From Octopus sinensis (lineage: Eukaryota): 64,000 nt of DNA. Numbering within the stretch: position 1 is the first letter of the stretch; the number at the start of each line of letters is the position of its first letter. Positions 13,810 to 27,260 of the stretch are shown in pieces. The notes below the pieces were generated by a model. The model was not told where the DNA came from, did no database searches, and saw only the letters and a program-made list of their open reading frames with translations. Made by a program: the position numbers and the translations under genes. Where the stretch lies: contig NC_043008.1 in NCBI RefSeq assembly GCF_006345805.1, positions 61,504,001 through 61,568,000 of the forward strand. The letters are read 5' to 3'.

Positions 13810-13866
<57 letters not shown>
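13810..13866. repeat. (TAT)n microsatellite
   Basis: Direct inspection. Confidence 0.95.
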
Positions 13867-14146
13867 GTTCATGTCACTGCTTTGAATCGAACTCGGAATC
13901 TTGGGGTTAGTATGTGTCTGTGTCTGTGTCTGTGTTCATAACATAAAAATACTTAGCGACATATACATACAAGAATCTAGAGATATGTGTACAGAAAGAG
14001 AGATGTAGAGAGAGAGAGAGGAAAGGACAGAGACACAGACAGACACAATTTTAGGTCTTTGACCTTTGGCTCACCCTCCATTGTTATGCAATGTGCTTGA
14101 CTAAACCACAGGTTTTTGCAGTCCAATAGAATATATTGCAACAGCA

Positions 14147-14163
14147 TATTATTATTATTATTA

Positions 14164-14213
<50 letters not shown>

Positions 14214-14226
14214 GTTATTATTATTA

Positions 14227-14288
<62 letters not shown>
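14147..14288. repeat. (TAT)n microsatellite
   Basis: Direct inspection; source of the poly-N, poly-I and poly-L ORFs. Confidence 0.95.
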
Positions 14289-15009
14289 CATCCTCTTTTG
14301 TCTGTATATTCTAATTTTTTTACATTACATTTGATATTTTCCATACCACGCTCTTTCCTAAACTTCGAAATGTTAAAAATTGACTGCGATGGATGGTGTT
14401 GTTGATGTTAAATTGAACTGGCAGTCGCGCAGCAAACTGGAGACTAGAGTGACAGTTGCTAGGGAAATGTTCTTCTGAAATGCTGTAAATGTCACAACGA
14501 CCTGGTCTGTTTTCTAATTTAAGTTTTATATTAATACAAACTTATCTTTCGACTTAAAAGATGCTTGCTGACCCATAGCTTAATAGGATGTCGCACAAGA
14601 TTCATGGCATCTATTCATTTGATGTAACGATATATTAAAACCTGCCGATAACAGTTTCATTTAAATTATTACTTATTTCGTAGTAAGAATCACCGGGAAA
14701 GAGTTCTGTCGCTTAGATTTATGGTTATTTTCGAGTATCTGAAGAGAAACCCTATAAATTAGAGAGTTCCATTGGGAGTTGTCCTCTTAGATGTGGTTTG
14801 TAACTAATTTACTTCTCGGCTTTGTTAGATTTCCTTGTTCGGCAAAATTTCGTTGATGTGATGCTCTTACTTAATTCCAGATCTTGAGAAAAATTCTGAT
14901 CGTGTATTCGTCCAATGACTAAATGGCGTGTCCGATGAGAAATAAGTTGTGCTCTGATTCCTCCATGTTATCAATCAATGTCGCCTGCTGCTTAAGAAAT
15001 TCTATATTG

Positions 15010-15960
15010 AAGTAAACAGAAAGGGAAGGAGGCAATGCGTGTTGTAAATGAGGGGAAGAAGAGACAGAGAAAAAGAAAGAGAAAAAAGAGAGTGAATGTT
15101 GTATAGAGATTAATGGTGGGAGGTAATCATGAAATATAGTGGCATAGGAAAATAGAGAGAAGAAAAGACAAAAGAACAGAAAGAAATAAGGAAAGAAAGA
15201 AAAGAAGGAAGGTAGGAAGGAAAGAAGGAAGGAAGGAAGAAATGTAGGAAGGAAGGAAAGTAAAGGAAGTATAAGAAGAAAAATGAAGTAAAAATTCGGT
15301 AGAAAAAATGTATAAATGGCGGAGCAGAAGAAAAACAGAGAGCGTGCCACAGACATAATTGAGCAATATGAGAGAGAAGTGCAAAGATAAAATGAAGGAT
15401 TGCATGAGAAATTTTGATGTAAAGAGAGGGTAGTAAGAGGAAGAGAGTAAGAAATAAAAGGCGAGCAAAGACGACTGACAGGGAAAGAGAATGGAGGAGT
15501 ATTTAGATGAGAGAGGGAAAGGAAATAGTAAAATCGAACAAATGAGTGTGACAGTGAAAGAGAAATCGTGTGATTTTCATATACATACATATACAGGTAT
15601 ACACACACACACACAAACACAAACCTACATACATGCATATATACACATATACATATATATATATATATAGATGCATATATAGTCACATAAATACATATAT
15701 GTATTCATGCAGGCATATATACATCTACAAACATGAAGATAGAGAAAGTTATATAAAGGGACTACGAATAGAGAATAAAGAGATCAGAGAAGAAGAGAGA
15801 GAGAAAGAGAGACGGAAAAGAGAAAAAGAGACGGAAAGAGAGAGAGAGAGAGAGAGAGATGGAAAGAAACCGAGAAATATATAGCTAGGTAAGATAAAGG
15901 GGGGGAAAAGAAATGGCTGGGAGAGAATGAGAAACGGAAAAAGATCAATAATTTGATGAG
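15010..15960. repeat. Long purine-rich low-complexity tract (GA/GGAA/GAAA) interrupted by (CA)/(TA) repeats
   Basis: Strongly A/G-biased plus strand at ~15010-15560 and ~15730-15960. Confidence 0.8.
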
Positions 15961-17361
15961 AGAACATTCTGTCACTAATGTTTAGATATTGGTGGTTGAA
16001 AAATCACACGCTAAAGAAAGAACCATTTTGCTGGCAATGGATTCGTACACAACCGTTAGACGTTAGGACAAAAAGCATCTACTGGATCCCACGAATAATA
16101 TTCTGAGTTCTAATCCCGTTGAAGCAAACATTTATTTACATTTTTTGTTAAATGAAAACATAATGTTCCACAGAAATATCTGATTTATTTTATCGACAGC
16201 AAGTCGGTACTAAAAAGCAATGGGCTAGTATAGGGCAGAATAGTCACATCTGTATACAATTTCTCACTCAGCCTGTAGCATAGATCACTCGTGACTTGAT
16301 GCAACTGCACTAGTAAGCTTCTCTTATGTTCATACTGTTTCTATAACATTTTACATCTCTTTCAGACACATCTTGTTCACGTATCCTATCATATACTCCT
16401 ATAACGCACCTACCCTTGTAAAAGCTAACTAAAGATAATAACGTAAAAGAAAGTGGTGGTATTGAAGAAACAAGATGAACAAGAGAGCACCTGGCCTTAA
16501 GGAAAGAGTGATTGATAGATACCATTGAATTAGAGAAGAGAGAGTGAAAGAGAGGGCACAATCATATAAGTGTATTTTTATTGCAGTTACTCTTTATACC
16601 AAGGTTAGCAATTATCAGACAGCCCTACGGCCGCAGGCTTTCCATCAACGACTATCATATCGTATCGTTTCGGAAAATGTATGCAACTTTTTATAAAGTA
16701 TCGAAACTACAAATTTTGGAACGAATCTAAGTGTAATTGAAGATATTCTTCTGAAAGACATTGTTAATGAAGAAAACACGCATTTGGTATGATTCTTTGT
16801 AATAAATCATGTCCTAAATTCGGCCGAAAAATGGAATCCGATGTCGAGTTTATTTTCCCAATCCTGAAAGACTTACGTAACTAACGAATTTCGAAAAAAG
16901 ACATAGACCTCAAAGCATTCTATATGCAATTGGTATTTCTTGTGATATAGAGCCATATGCCTATAGTTAAGTGAAATCAAATATAGCTTAGCACTATCTT
17001 CGAATGTTTTGGTTCCAAAAATATAAGCTTAAATATGTTAGATTTTAGTGAAATAACAGTAGCATGGCAATAAATAGGATTGGCAGACACGTTATAGTAT
17101 CGGAAACAAAATTTACAGTATCTGGTCCGGTTCTTTACGTTCTCAGTTCAAATCCCACCAATGTTATTGTTGTATGGAATTAGTGATAATGGTACACCTC
17201 TCACACGTGACGAATGGAATAACCTAGTCACTATAAGTAAAGTTCGTGAAGTATCAAAGTACATAGTAGGCGATCAGAGATAATCATGTCTTTATTGGTT
17301 TTACTAAGTATACGGTATACCGATCTGGGAGTTATAAAGATCCAACATTTCAAGTATTATA

Positions 17362-17790
17362 TTAGGTTGTTCCAAAAATAATGGCCGATTCCAGAAATAT
17401 GATTTTATTCTGGGACAATTAACAACGGAAATGTTTTGATTAGTTAAAATATGAGCCGTAAACATCTAAGCATCTATGCTATCAATCAACGAGATTATTT
17501 ATGCCTCGTTGATATAAACTTATTGGCTTTGATGCTAAGAAATATTTGAAAGCTGATTCCATCTCTGGTTTGGACCTGTGAGTTTCATCACTTAAAAGCA
17601 TGATTAAATGCTTTAAAAAATAGTAGTCAATGGGTCGAAACATCACTGGCGTGTAGAGGGGAGGCCGGTAAAGTATACAAACGGCCCTCAAAAAGCTTTC
17701 TGTAATTAAAGTGACCTGCAATGTAATTCGGCTTTGCCAGGCCTGATTACACGCATTTTCGGAAATTGCAAGATAAAAATAAAACAAAGA
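17362..17790 (-). mobile_element. Mariner transposon 3' remnant (Hsmar1-like C-terminus plus TIR)
   Basis: Minus: LYRPPLYTPVMFRPIDYYFLKHL..ESAFKYFLASKP..YQRGINNLVD..CLDVYGSYFN aligns with mariner PPYSPDLSPTDYHFFKHL..GINKL..CVDCNGSYFD; TIR-like TTAGGTTGTTCCAAAAATAATGGCCGATT at 17362 preceded by TA. Confidence 0.75.
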
Positions 17791-17887
17791 AATTATGAAT
17801 GATAGTAAAAGATTCTTTGTAGGGATACACATCCCATGTAGAGTAGAAACAAGAAAAGACATTTTGTATTAATTCATCTCAGAATGC

Positions 17888-17982
17888 AACTGGTACTTAA
17901 TTTATGGACACCGCAATGATGAAAGGCAAAGTCGACCTCGGCGGAATTTGAACTCAGAACATATTGACAGACGAAATACTGC
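17888..17982 (-). mobile_element. SINE family A fragment
   Basis: ACTGGTACTTAATTT..GAAAGGCAAAGTCGACCTCGGCGGAATTTGAACTCAGAAC. Confidence 0.75.
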
Positions 17983-18054
17983 AAACCTCACGACGTGGAA
18001 GCTAATGTAGCATAAAGCATACTTAAGCTGAGGCTGTTTCGGCGTATGTTAAGC

Positions 18055-18055
18055 A

Positions 18056-18105
<50 letters not shown>

Positions 18106-18130
18106 ACACACACACACCCCATACCCACAC
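18055..18130. repeat. (CA)n microsatellite
   Basis: Direct inspection. Confidence 0.95.
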
Positions 18131-19595
18131 ACATACCGATGCAGAGTATTCTAGTATCACCTTAAATGTAATTTCAATGTCTTCGACCCAGAAGAGATGA
18201 AAAGGCCAATTCATATATATATTTATATATATATATATATATAACTATAAAAGTATTTGTAATAGCCACAGCAAGACCTAGGGACTGTCGTCAGAAGAAT
18301 ACCGCCATGTACAGCCTCGGATTATCGAATGGGAGCACTACCGCCTCGTTTTGAAAGGCTGATTAGAAATTCCAATAACACTTCTTCCTTCATAACCAGT
18401 TGCATCAAATTGTCTATTGAATATGATGAGAAGTTGGAAAGTGAAAGCTTACGTGAACGGTTGGACGTGAACCTTTTCATTTTCCATCTTCCTTGTGCAA
18501 GGAAAGTAAAGAAAAACTAGAGGAAATAATAACGTATGATAATGTAAGCCAAATGTGAGGAAGGAATGTTGTAGAATTCTATCCAAGCTTAGTATTTCAC
18601 TATAATTCACTTATTCGTGCAACAATTGATAGACTGCTGTATGATACACGGCAAACACCAACATTTTGCGAGAAAAATAATGCATATTTAATAATGAATT
18701 TCTTGAGCTCCAATTATGTAGAGGTATCTAAAAAAAATAATCAAAATTTAAGTACCATATCATAAAAAAAAAAATTGTATGCAATCGCAAATATGATCTC
18801 ATTTTCATGACTCCACGAAGACAATATTCCTAAGGGTTATTTCTAGAAAACGAAATTGCATCAAGCACGTGACTAAGAGAAAATTGGGGCTGGAAGATGA
18901 ATAGATTTCTAATGAATCTTTATCAGAACCAGGTGGAAGCCGGAAAAGATGTGTAAATTACAGGAAAAACAAGAAGTAACCGAATGTTGCAGAATTGTGC
19001 AAGTGAGCCCGTTGAATGCAATAAAGTGAAAACGGTGATAAATGCTTCAAATTCTTCCTTTTTCGCTATAAATATCGTTCAATCTTAGAGCAAAGGAAAT
19101 GGATTTAGCTATGAAAGAAAGAACCACATATTATTTGGTGCAAAGGAAGTAGTGCTCAAATGCCAAAAAATATCCACCACGAAAATGAATTAGAAATTGA
19201 AACAGAAATACTTTCAAAACATCGGATGCTTTTCAGATCATTCCTTGCAGAAATAATTTAACCACACCCTTTCCAGTGTGTTCAATGAAAAGCAAACGGA
19301 GACCTATGGCGCTATATTCATGCATCATTCTAGGGGTTATTATCTGTGTGGAGACGGTCATTATTCAATAGATCTTATATGCATTTTATATAATTATTAG
19401 TTTTATTTATTGAATACTACCTACATTTTATTCTTAATTACTTGGCCGTATGTTTTGACATATTTTCTAAATCGTTTATTCTGCATTATGTCCCTGACTC
19501 TTCTCTTCGTTACTAATAACGTTGTTGTTTTGCTATCCCTTTCATGTTTATGCTACACGTTTACAATTTTCTTCATGCTTCATGTAATTCTACTT

Positions 19596-19597
<2 letters not shown>

Positions 19598-19682
<85 letters not shown>

Positions 19683-19797
19683 TAATATATCATGACCCAT
19701 AGTGAAGAAAATGTATGACATGATCCCACACTCATACATAAATATGACAAGATCCAACACTAGATGAGTATGACATGATCCGACACTCATGGATAAG
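19598..19797. repeat. (AAT)n followed by 3 degenerate 26-29 bp tandem units (TATGACATGATCC..CACT)
   Basis: Units start at 19714, 19743 and 19769. Confidence 0.8.
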
Positions 19798-19984
19798 TGA
19801 ATGTCTGAGAATATTCAGTATAGCAGGCTGCATAAGAGAATGAAGTAGTATGTAGAAATTGAAAGTAGATCTCTACTCAGGTTAGGTTTGTCCCGTCACA
19901 AGCCACCTGCTCCACTTGGTACGAGAAGCTTAGGGAAACTAACATACCGAATCGTGAACTGTAAACACTGAACAAAGAAAAATT

Positions 19985-20306
19985 AACAAACAAGCAAGCA
20001 GACAGCGAAAAATGCAGCATTCAGACTCGGATGTTGAAACAGAAGGACCATGACAAATGGTCTGCCAGAGGACCTTCAAAACAATCAGCGGCACACGCAA
20101 GACAGCAGTGATCAACAATGAACTATGTCTCTGAGTGGGCGGGCAGCAACGACAAAGAGCTCCTTCAAATGCAGTCGCTGTATGCGTGACTGCCACTCCT
20201 GAGTGGGCCTGTACATTCATCACATACGCTGCACCATCATCAGCTGCTGACACGATTTCTTTGGGCGCAGATCCGTGGGCTCTCAAGACCGACTGACGCC
20301 TACTAC
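19985..20306 (+). mobile_element. RTE-clade LINE 3' end with C-terminal zinc-finger motif
   Basis: FKCSRCMRDCHS*VGLYIHHIRC (RTE-type CxxC.R.C.S.IGL.SH.R.C), followed by 3' UTR GGCGCAGATCCGTGGGCTCTCAAGACCGACTGACGCCTACTAC. Confidence 0.7.
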
Positions 20307-20495
20307 AATATACAAGTTAGCAGTTCTGGAATTGAAAGAAGAGATGTGTTGAAGTACTTTACAGACTTTGTAATTCAAGTTATATACAATTTGGAATTTT
20401 AATTTTGAAACTAAATGCACAGAATCTGTCAAATAATGTTACATTAATATATAGTAACCACAATAGAGATGACACATCCTTCGGTAATTTGTAGT

Positions 20496-20718
20496 TAAAG
20501 GTAAAGCCTTCACCTCATAAGGACCGGCTTCCCGGTTTCCATGGCGTATACATTCCCCACCTGGAGGGGACGCCAGTCCGTCGCAAGATTACTCATTTTC
20601 GCCAGCTGAGTGGATTGGAGCAGTATGAAATGAAGTGTTTTGCCGTGTTCCGGAATCAAAACCACAATCTTAGACTCATGGGTCAAACACCTTAACCATT
20701 AAGCCACGAGACTCCACA
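20496..20718 (-). mobile_element. tRNA-derived SINE, family D, copy 1
   Basis: Minus head GTGGAGTCTCGTGGCTTAATGGTTAAGG..TTTTGATTCC; body CCAATCCACTCAGCTGG..GCGACGGACTGGCGTCCC..GAAACCGGGAAGCCGG; TTTACCTTT tail. Confidence 0.75.
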
Positions 20719-20724
20719 TAAGTA

Positions 20725-20950
20725 AAGTTTCCTTCTCGAGTCCCGGTTTCCATAGAGTATAAATTTGGTACCAGAATGGGGAGACCAGTCCATCACAGTA
20801 CTACTAAATTTTGCCCGCTGAGTGAACTGGAGCAACGTGAATGAAGTGTTTTGCCCAAGAAGAAGAAAATGTCGCTCGGTCCAGGAATCGAAACCTGAAT
20901 CTTACGATAATGAGTCTGGTTCCCTAGCCACTTAACCACGCGCCTCCACT
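20725..20950 (-). mobile_element. SINE family D, copy 2 (head-to-tail with copy 1)
   Basis: Minus head GTGGAGGCGCGTGGTTAAGTGGCTAGG..GGTTTCGATTCC; shares CTCCAGTTCACTCAGC and GGAAACCGGG with copy 1. Confidence 0.7.
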
Positions 20951-21329
20951 ATAATTTGTAGGCTTACACATCGCAAAATGCAATAAATTGCATTGCTTTG
21001 AAGGGTAGGAAACGTATAAGATTTACGGTAGTTCTTTACGTCGGTGAATGATATTCTCTGATTGGACATAATAGATAGATTGGCAATAGTGTGTGAGTAC
21101 ACGGTGTGTGTGAATGCGTGTGCGTGCGTGAGTGTGTGAGAGAGAGCGAGAGAGAGAAAGAGAGAAAAGGTTAGACAGACCGAAGAGAAAGAGAACAAAA
21201 ATATAAAATAATGTAGAATTATTATAATCGGGAAATGAGGAAATAAACGTGTTTGCAGCATGATAAGAACTGCGCAATACAAATATCCTGCCCCAAACGA
21301 CGGTGAGTTTTTCTTCTTTCTTTCGTGAA

Positions 21330-21362
<33 letters not shown>

Positions 21363-21989
21363 CTCACACACACACCACACACACACACACGTACACACAT
21401 ATCGAATGCCATATTTTAAGGGTGGGAAACTTTTCAACTTTGACCAACGGAGCATATGTCATTCTATAAATGCTCATATCTTAAATCTTAGTGTGGTTGA
21501 ATTTGTTTTTAAGCCTACCGAATGTGATGAATGACTGAATGTATCTGGGCTCTCAATTTCATATTTATCATTTATATTTCAGCGTTACATTGATTAGTGT
21601 GGTCTGTGACCACTGCCAGTTGCGCTTTTCTTGAAAATATACAGGGTACCAAACTGAATGTGTCGGTAAATCACTATTATTTTTATTTTTTCAATAAGAA
21701 GATTTAACATCCTTCCCCATATTCACAACTACATGTCTATATAAAGCACTTAGATTTTGATGTATATTTAAGTGGATTTCTTTAAATAAATAATTTTGCG
21801 TTCGATCATTACGTAAGAAATATAGAATTAGGTATACGATGAATGATACTGGAAAGTTTCTAAAGATTTAGCTCCCATCTTTAAGAGCGCATTGTTTATA
21901 AGAACTGTTGTTAAAAACTATCATGTTTCTTCTGCTGGATGTTTGGTTTAAGTACTACAAACTTGTTTTCTCGCTTATCGATAGGCAAA

Positions 21990-22984
21990 TATACAAACGC
22001 AAAAACATACACACACGCGCGTGTATATATATATATATGAAGAGAGAGAGAGAGAGGTCCATGTATATATATATATATATATATGAATATATATATGAAT
22101 ATATATATATATATATATGTATATGTATATATACGCATATACCTATATATACATATATCTATGTATATATATATGTATATATATATATACATACAAACAC
22201 ACACATATATGTATATACCTATATATATGTATGGGTATGCATGTATGTATTGGAAACTCTTAGAATAGCGTCTTTCATATTCTTCTATCAGTTCACAAGA
22301 TGCCATTACTTGTTTTAGTGTTATAAGGTTTATCAATATTATCAATATGGTCTCTAAAGTCATGAAAGAAATATAATTCAACATTATGCAAGAAAAATAT
22401 AGTTTCATATTTTATCTCTCTTCTATACGTCAGTACGTTAGTCTGTTTATCTATTTATATGTATAAAAATATATACGCATCTAAATGTATACTCACACAC
22501 ATATACACATGTATAAACAGTTAACTCATCATAGAAGCCCATACATATAGAAGCATCGATTCTCACATCGATTCACCCGCAAACACACATACATACACGC
22601 TCTAAAATTAATACAGAAAATACGTATGTGTGTGCTTGTGTATAAGTATGTACGCATAAACATTCAAGCAATGCATTCACTTAAACATATAAATACTTTA
22701 ATACATATATAAATATAATCATACACATATACGTACAGACAAGCTAACACACACACACACACGTTTATATATTATTGTGAGTATAATGTATGCATATACG
22801 TATATATACGTACTTACTTATAAATTCGTACATGTATGGATATATAAACACATCGATACATTCCCTTGTGTATAAACGTATATATACGTTTATGTATTTC
22901 TTCATTTATTTATCTATTGTTATCAAACTCTCAATCTATCTATCAATCTATCTATCCATCTATCTATCTATCTATCTATCTATC

Positions 22985-23046
<62 letters not shown>

Positions 23047-23172
23047 ATATATATATAATATATATATATATATATTATATATATATATATATATATAATC
23101 TTGCAAAACGAATGTATAAACGTATATATATATATATATATAATCTTGCAAAACGAATGTATACTCGTATAT

Positions 23173-23214
<42 letters not shown>

Positions 23215-23628
23215 ATATAATATATATATACTACGCGCACGCACAGACTTACACGCATACGCACATGTAAATATATACTGAGCGTGATAGGGAGAATGTG
23301 AGAGAGAAGGGGTAAGAGAATGGAGAGAAGCATTACGTTCTTCCAATCTTCACGTCTACTAGTTTTTATAGCGAGTAATTTCCTGGTATTGCTGTTCTTT
23401 GACGTAATAGACTTCTTACGATTTACTTGGAATTAAGTTGTCACCATCTTTTGTCTTATCTTCCCTGTGATGAGATTTGAAAGCTCTTTGACAAGAATTA
23501 TATATATATTTTATCATGAAACATTTGATAAATGCTGCACTTTGATCGCAAACATATTTTGCCACAGATAATATATTTTCAGTACATATACATAAACTCT
23601 TCCATACATTAATATATACATCCATGTA

Positions 23629-23676
<48 letters not shown>

Positions 23677-23684
23677 TATATATA

Positions 23685-23773
<89 letters not shown>

Positions 23774-23945
23774 CAAACATACATATACATATAAACATAT
23801 ATATATATATATACACATGTATACATATATACATATATATATATAGGTAGATAGATAGATACCTACATATATACATATCTATATATCTACTTATATATGT
23901 ATCTATTTATATATCTATCTATCTATCTATATATCTATCTATCTA

Positions 23946-23992
<47 letters not shown>

Positions 23993-24000
23993 GTAATGGA
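21990..24000. repeat. Cluster of (TA)n, (TCTA)n and (CA)n microsatellites
   Basis: Arrays at ~22020-22240, 22935-23045 (TCTA), 23045-23230 and 23630-23990. Confidence 0.9.
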
Positions 24001-26631
24001 TTATATCAATATAATACCCATTTTGTGGGATGTTTTTCCAATAAAGCAACAAGATATTCTTTCTATCATTTTCTTTATGTCGTACAACCATGACAATGAC
24101 TCTCTAATGGAAATCTTGCGGTTCAAGTTATTAACAGTAATATTCTGTTATATTTATATGCACTTATATACATCAGTTCCATTAAAAAGAAACTATCTGT
24201 TCAATTATTTCGAATATAAACGTCTAAATACGGGTTCATTGCTCGGAGCTGTCGTGATATCATTTTATTAAATGTGGCTTACAATAAATTGAATGTGAGT
24301 TTGCGTCTTAGAGACTGTCTTGTTAAGTGTTTCCAACAAATTTGCGAGACAGGCAATTTGGGGAAGGTGTTCAAACGGATATATTGACCGCAATCCCTGG
24401 CTGGATTTTCATTTTATTGTTCTCGGAACTGTGAGAACAGGATGATAAATTTATGTCAGCGGGAATTTGAAGCATATACGATGGTAATTATTTTGAAAGC
24501 TGCAGGAAAAGACAATCACAAACATTCCTCTGTTATAACAAATATGAAGAGTAATGCTCTTAGAATTGTATGGACCTTTGCGCTGAATTGACCGCAATGC
24601 AGACTCCTTTTTCTATTTTGCAGTTGAAAGTCAAGCATTTCAGGCTGGAAGAGTTTGGATGGATACGATTCAAGGATGTTTTTGGCTCATCTATCTTGCA
24701 TTGACATCTTATAACTTAGAGAAAAAGGGTAAATCTTCAGAATGCCACTCAACTAATTTGAGGAGTAGCCCACTGCCAATTTGACCCAGTGAATATGCAA
24801 TTTTGTAGTTACAATTGTGTGGACGTCCCCTAGACGATGAACTAGGCTAGCTCAATACACATATATAGAGGGAGAAGCCTAGACGTCGGTAGAACAGTTG
24901 AGTAACAGAGAGAGTAGAACAGTTGAGTAGCAGAAAGATGAGAGCAGCAGAGAAGTAGAGTAGATGTCATTGGAACGTGCGACATAACAGCTACTTTTGA
25001 TTAAAAAGAAACTAAGAGAATCTGTCTCTTAAACGCCTGCCATATCTGGCTAATTTGTAATGAATCAACAATAAAAAAGAATTGTTAAAGCTAAATTAGG
25101 TTGCAACAACCATCACTTAATGGAGTTTTGGTTCATGTTTATATGACTACTATGATTCACTAAGAATTTGACAAACGTAGATTTTAACCTCATTTAATAC
25201 TGTATACCAGCGTTTACTTTCTTGGTAGTTTTGGTATATCTCCATGATTAAATAGTTTAATAAATGATGCTTCTCTAAACTTGCTAGGGTTAGTGAGGCA
25301 CACATGATATATATTATTTTTTCTCAGGTCTTCCTAGTCACCAAGAGTGATAGAGTTTAGTCACAACTATATTATCTTAAAAATACGTGATTTTGTAGAC
25401 CATTAAACAATCTCTTCTCAAAAAGTATGAAAAATATATCATAAACAGGATTATTATTATCAATGCTGTTAATTATTTGATGATGGTGAATGTAAAATTA
25501 GCACAGTTCATTTGGGATACAGTAAGACTTAGCATATTATATATCTCCCATTTCTCTCTTTCTGTTTGTATACATGTGTATAGAAAATGCATAAATATAT
25601 ATAATAAGCCGGATCTATTGAGTAATATTTACCAACTGTAATATCGAGTACTTATATCTCATGGCATTATATGTATAGTATTGCTAATCGAAGACATAAC
25701 ACTACCCAAACAAAATTTGACTAACTTGCCATCCTGATTGAGTCAAAACGTAATATCATACTTATTGCTGTAAAGAGTGTTATCTTTTGTCATATATATC
25801 AGTGAGAACATTTGCTTTCAGTACTTCTAAAACATACACTATTGTAAGAATATGTAGCTGTAATTTGCAATACGTTGTGAGACCAAGCAGAGGCTTTCTC
25901 ACTGCCGCTGATATTAATTCAATTCACAAACTGAATTAAATTTACTATTCTAAAATTTTCAAGACTATCGCTCAGCCGAAATATCAAATTACCGTATGCA
26001 AATACGATTCTGGAGTGTAAGAATATATATTCAGGCATCAGTATACGTGCGTAAATTCTGGAAGTTAATGTTCGCTTGAGAGTTCCATATTCTCCAAAGA
26101 CCTGAAATCTGTTCAATATAAATTACACTTACACAAATATGATTCAATATGTATTTGATATTCTATAATGCATGACGAATTATGTAAGTTTCAGCAAGGT
26201 TTCCTCTCTGCCGCAGGAAACAAGTAGTCCAAACATGAGGGATCAGTCAGATAGGCTATGATTTATATCTTTACATTATATTCAGCAAATAATTCAGCGG
26301 GACGGAGGCCACGTTCTAATATACACACGCCACTCACACACGCGCGCACACATATATTTTAACCTATACCTACATGTATATGCATATATTCAGAGAAGCA
26401 TGTAACAGTATGAACATATCGCTACCTTTCTATACAGATACAAACATTCTATAATTATGAGCATAATTATTATTAGGGTTCAGCAATTTTAATTAGGCTC
26501 ATAATTATAGAATTTTTGCATACGTTTACCGATAATGGTTCTTTTAACATACCGAACTACTTGGTAACTTTATCAATTATTAAATGATTAATTAATTTTA
26601 CCCTTTATTATTATTTCTATATAGATATGTT

Positions 26632-26845
26632 TTCGGTTGTCCGGAAAGTTCGTGCCGATTTATAGTAGCTTACCTTTCGACTTACCCTCCCAGGCACCTC
26701 AATTCAAGGAAGATGGTATTTTCAAGTTAAAGGAAAGATGGAGACGCATTGTCTCCATCTTTGGTTGATTCAAAATGTAATGGCATGTATTTATTGACCA
26801 TTGTCTTTCCTTTAAAAATCGGCACGAACTTTCCGGACCACCCAA
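26632..26845 (+). mobile_element. Internally deleted mariner / MITE (214 bp)
   Basis: ~30-bp TIRs TTCGGTTGTCCGGAAAGTTCGTGCCGATTT and AAATCGGCACGAACTTTCCGGACCACCCAA, with TA after the right end; interior encodes EDGIFKLKERWRRIV, a mariner transposase C-terminal motif. Confidence 0.85.
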
Positions 26846-27012
26846 TATTTATACACTGCGCAAGTGATTGTGCCCCCCTCGGATTAATTGTAGATTTTTT
26901 CTTTATTGAATGAGATAAGAACTAAGGCATATTTGAAAATTTGAATTCTTGACTTGAAGTCTTATTGCTTTACATATGATTACATTTACTTCAATTTCAC
27001 ATAGCAAGAATT

Positions 27013-27260
27013 TTTATTGTATTGGCATATTTCGGTCATCTTATGCGGAGAGAATCCCTGGAGAAGGACGTCATGCTCGGAATGGTCAGTGGCAAGAGAG
27101 GAAGATGCCGACCAAGAACCTGCTGGCTTGACACCATCAAGAGTGATACCGGAATGGACATAGCCAATATGAATGAAGCGGCCCAGGATAGAATTGACTG
27201 GAGGACACTGATCCAACGAGTAACCGAGAGTCGACTTCGACTGAGCGGATAGAAAGATAG
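27013..27260 (+). mobile_element. RTE (BovB-like) LINE 3' end
   Basis: LAYFGHLMRRESLEKDVMLGMVSGKRGRCRPRTCWLDTIKSDTGM..EAAQDRIDWRTLIQRVTESRLRLSG*, a typical RTE C-terminus. Confidence 0.85.

Noticed and set aside
14919-15686. 255-aa hydrophobic ORF, the longest in the track
   Set aside because: It is the translation of a purine/pyrimidine low-complexity tract plus (TA)/(CA) repeats; no domain is recognisable.
19714-19797. Three 26-29-bp repeats resembling a CRISPR array
   Set aside because: The units are directly adjacent with no unique spacers, no cas genes are present and the context is eukaryotic; this is a small minisatellite.
21908-24271. Many IY-, HT- and SIYL-repeat ORFs (also poly-I/L/N ORFs elsewhere)
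   Set aside because: Artefacts of (TA)n, (CA)n, (TCTA)n and (TAA)n microsatellites.
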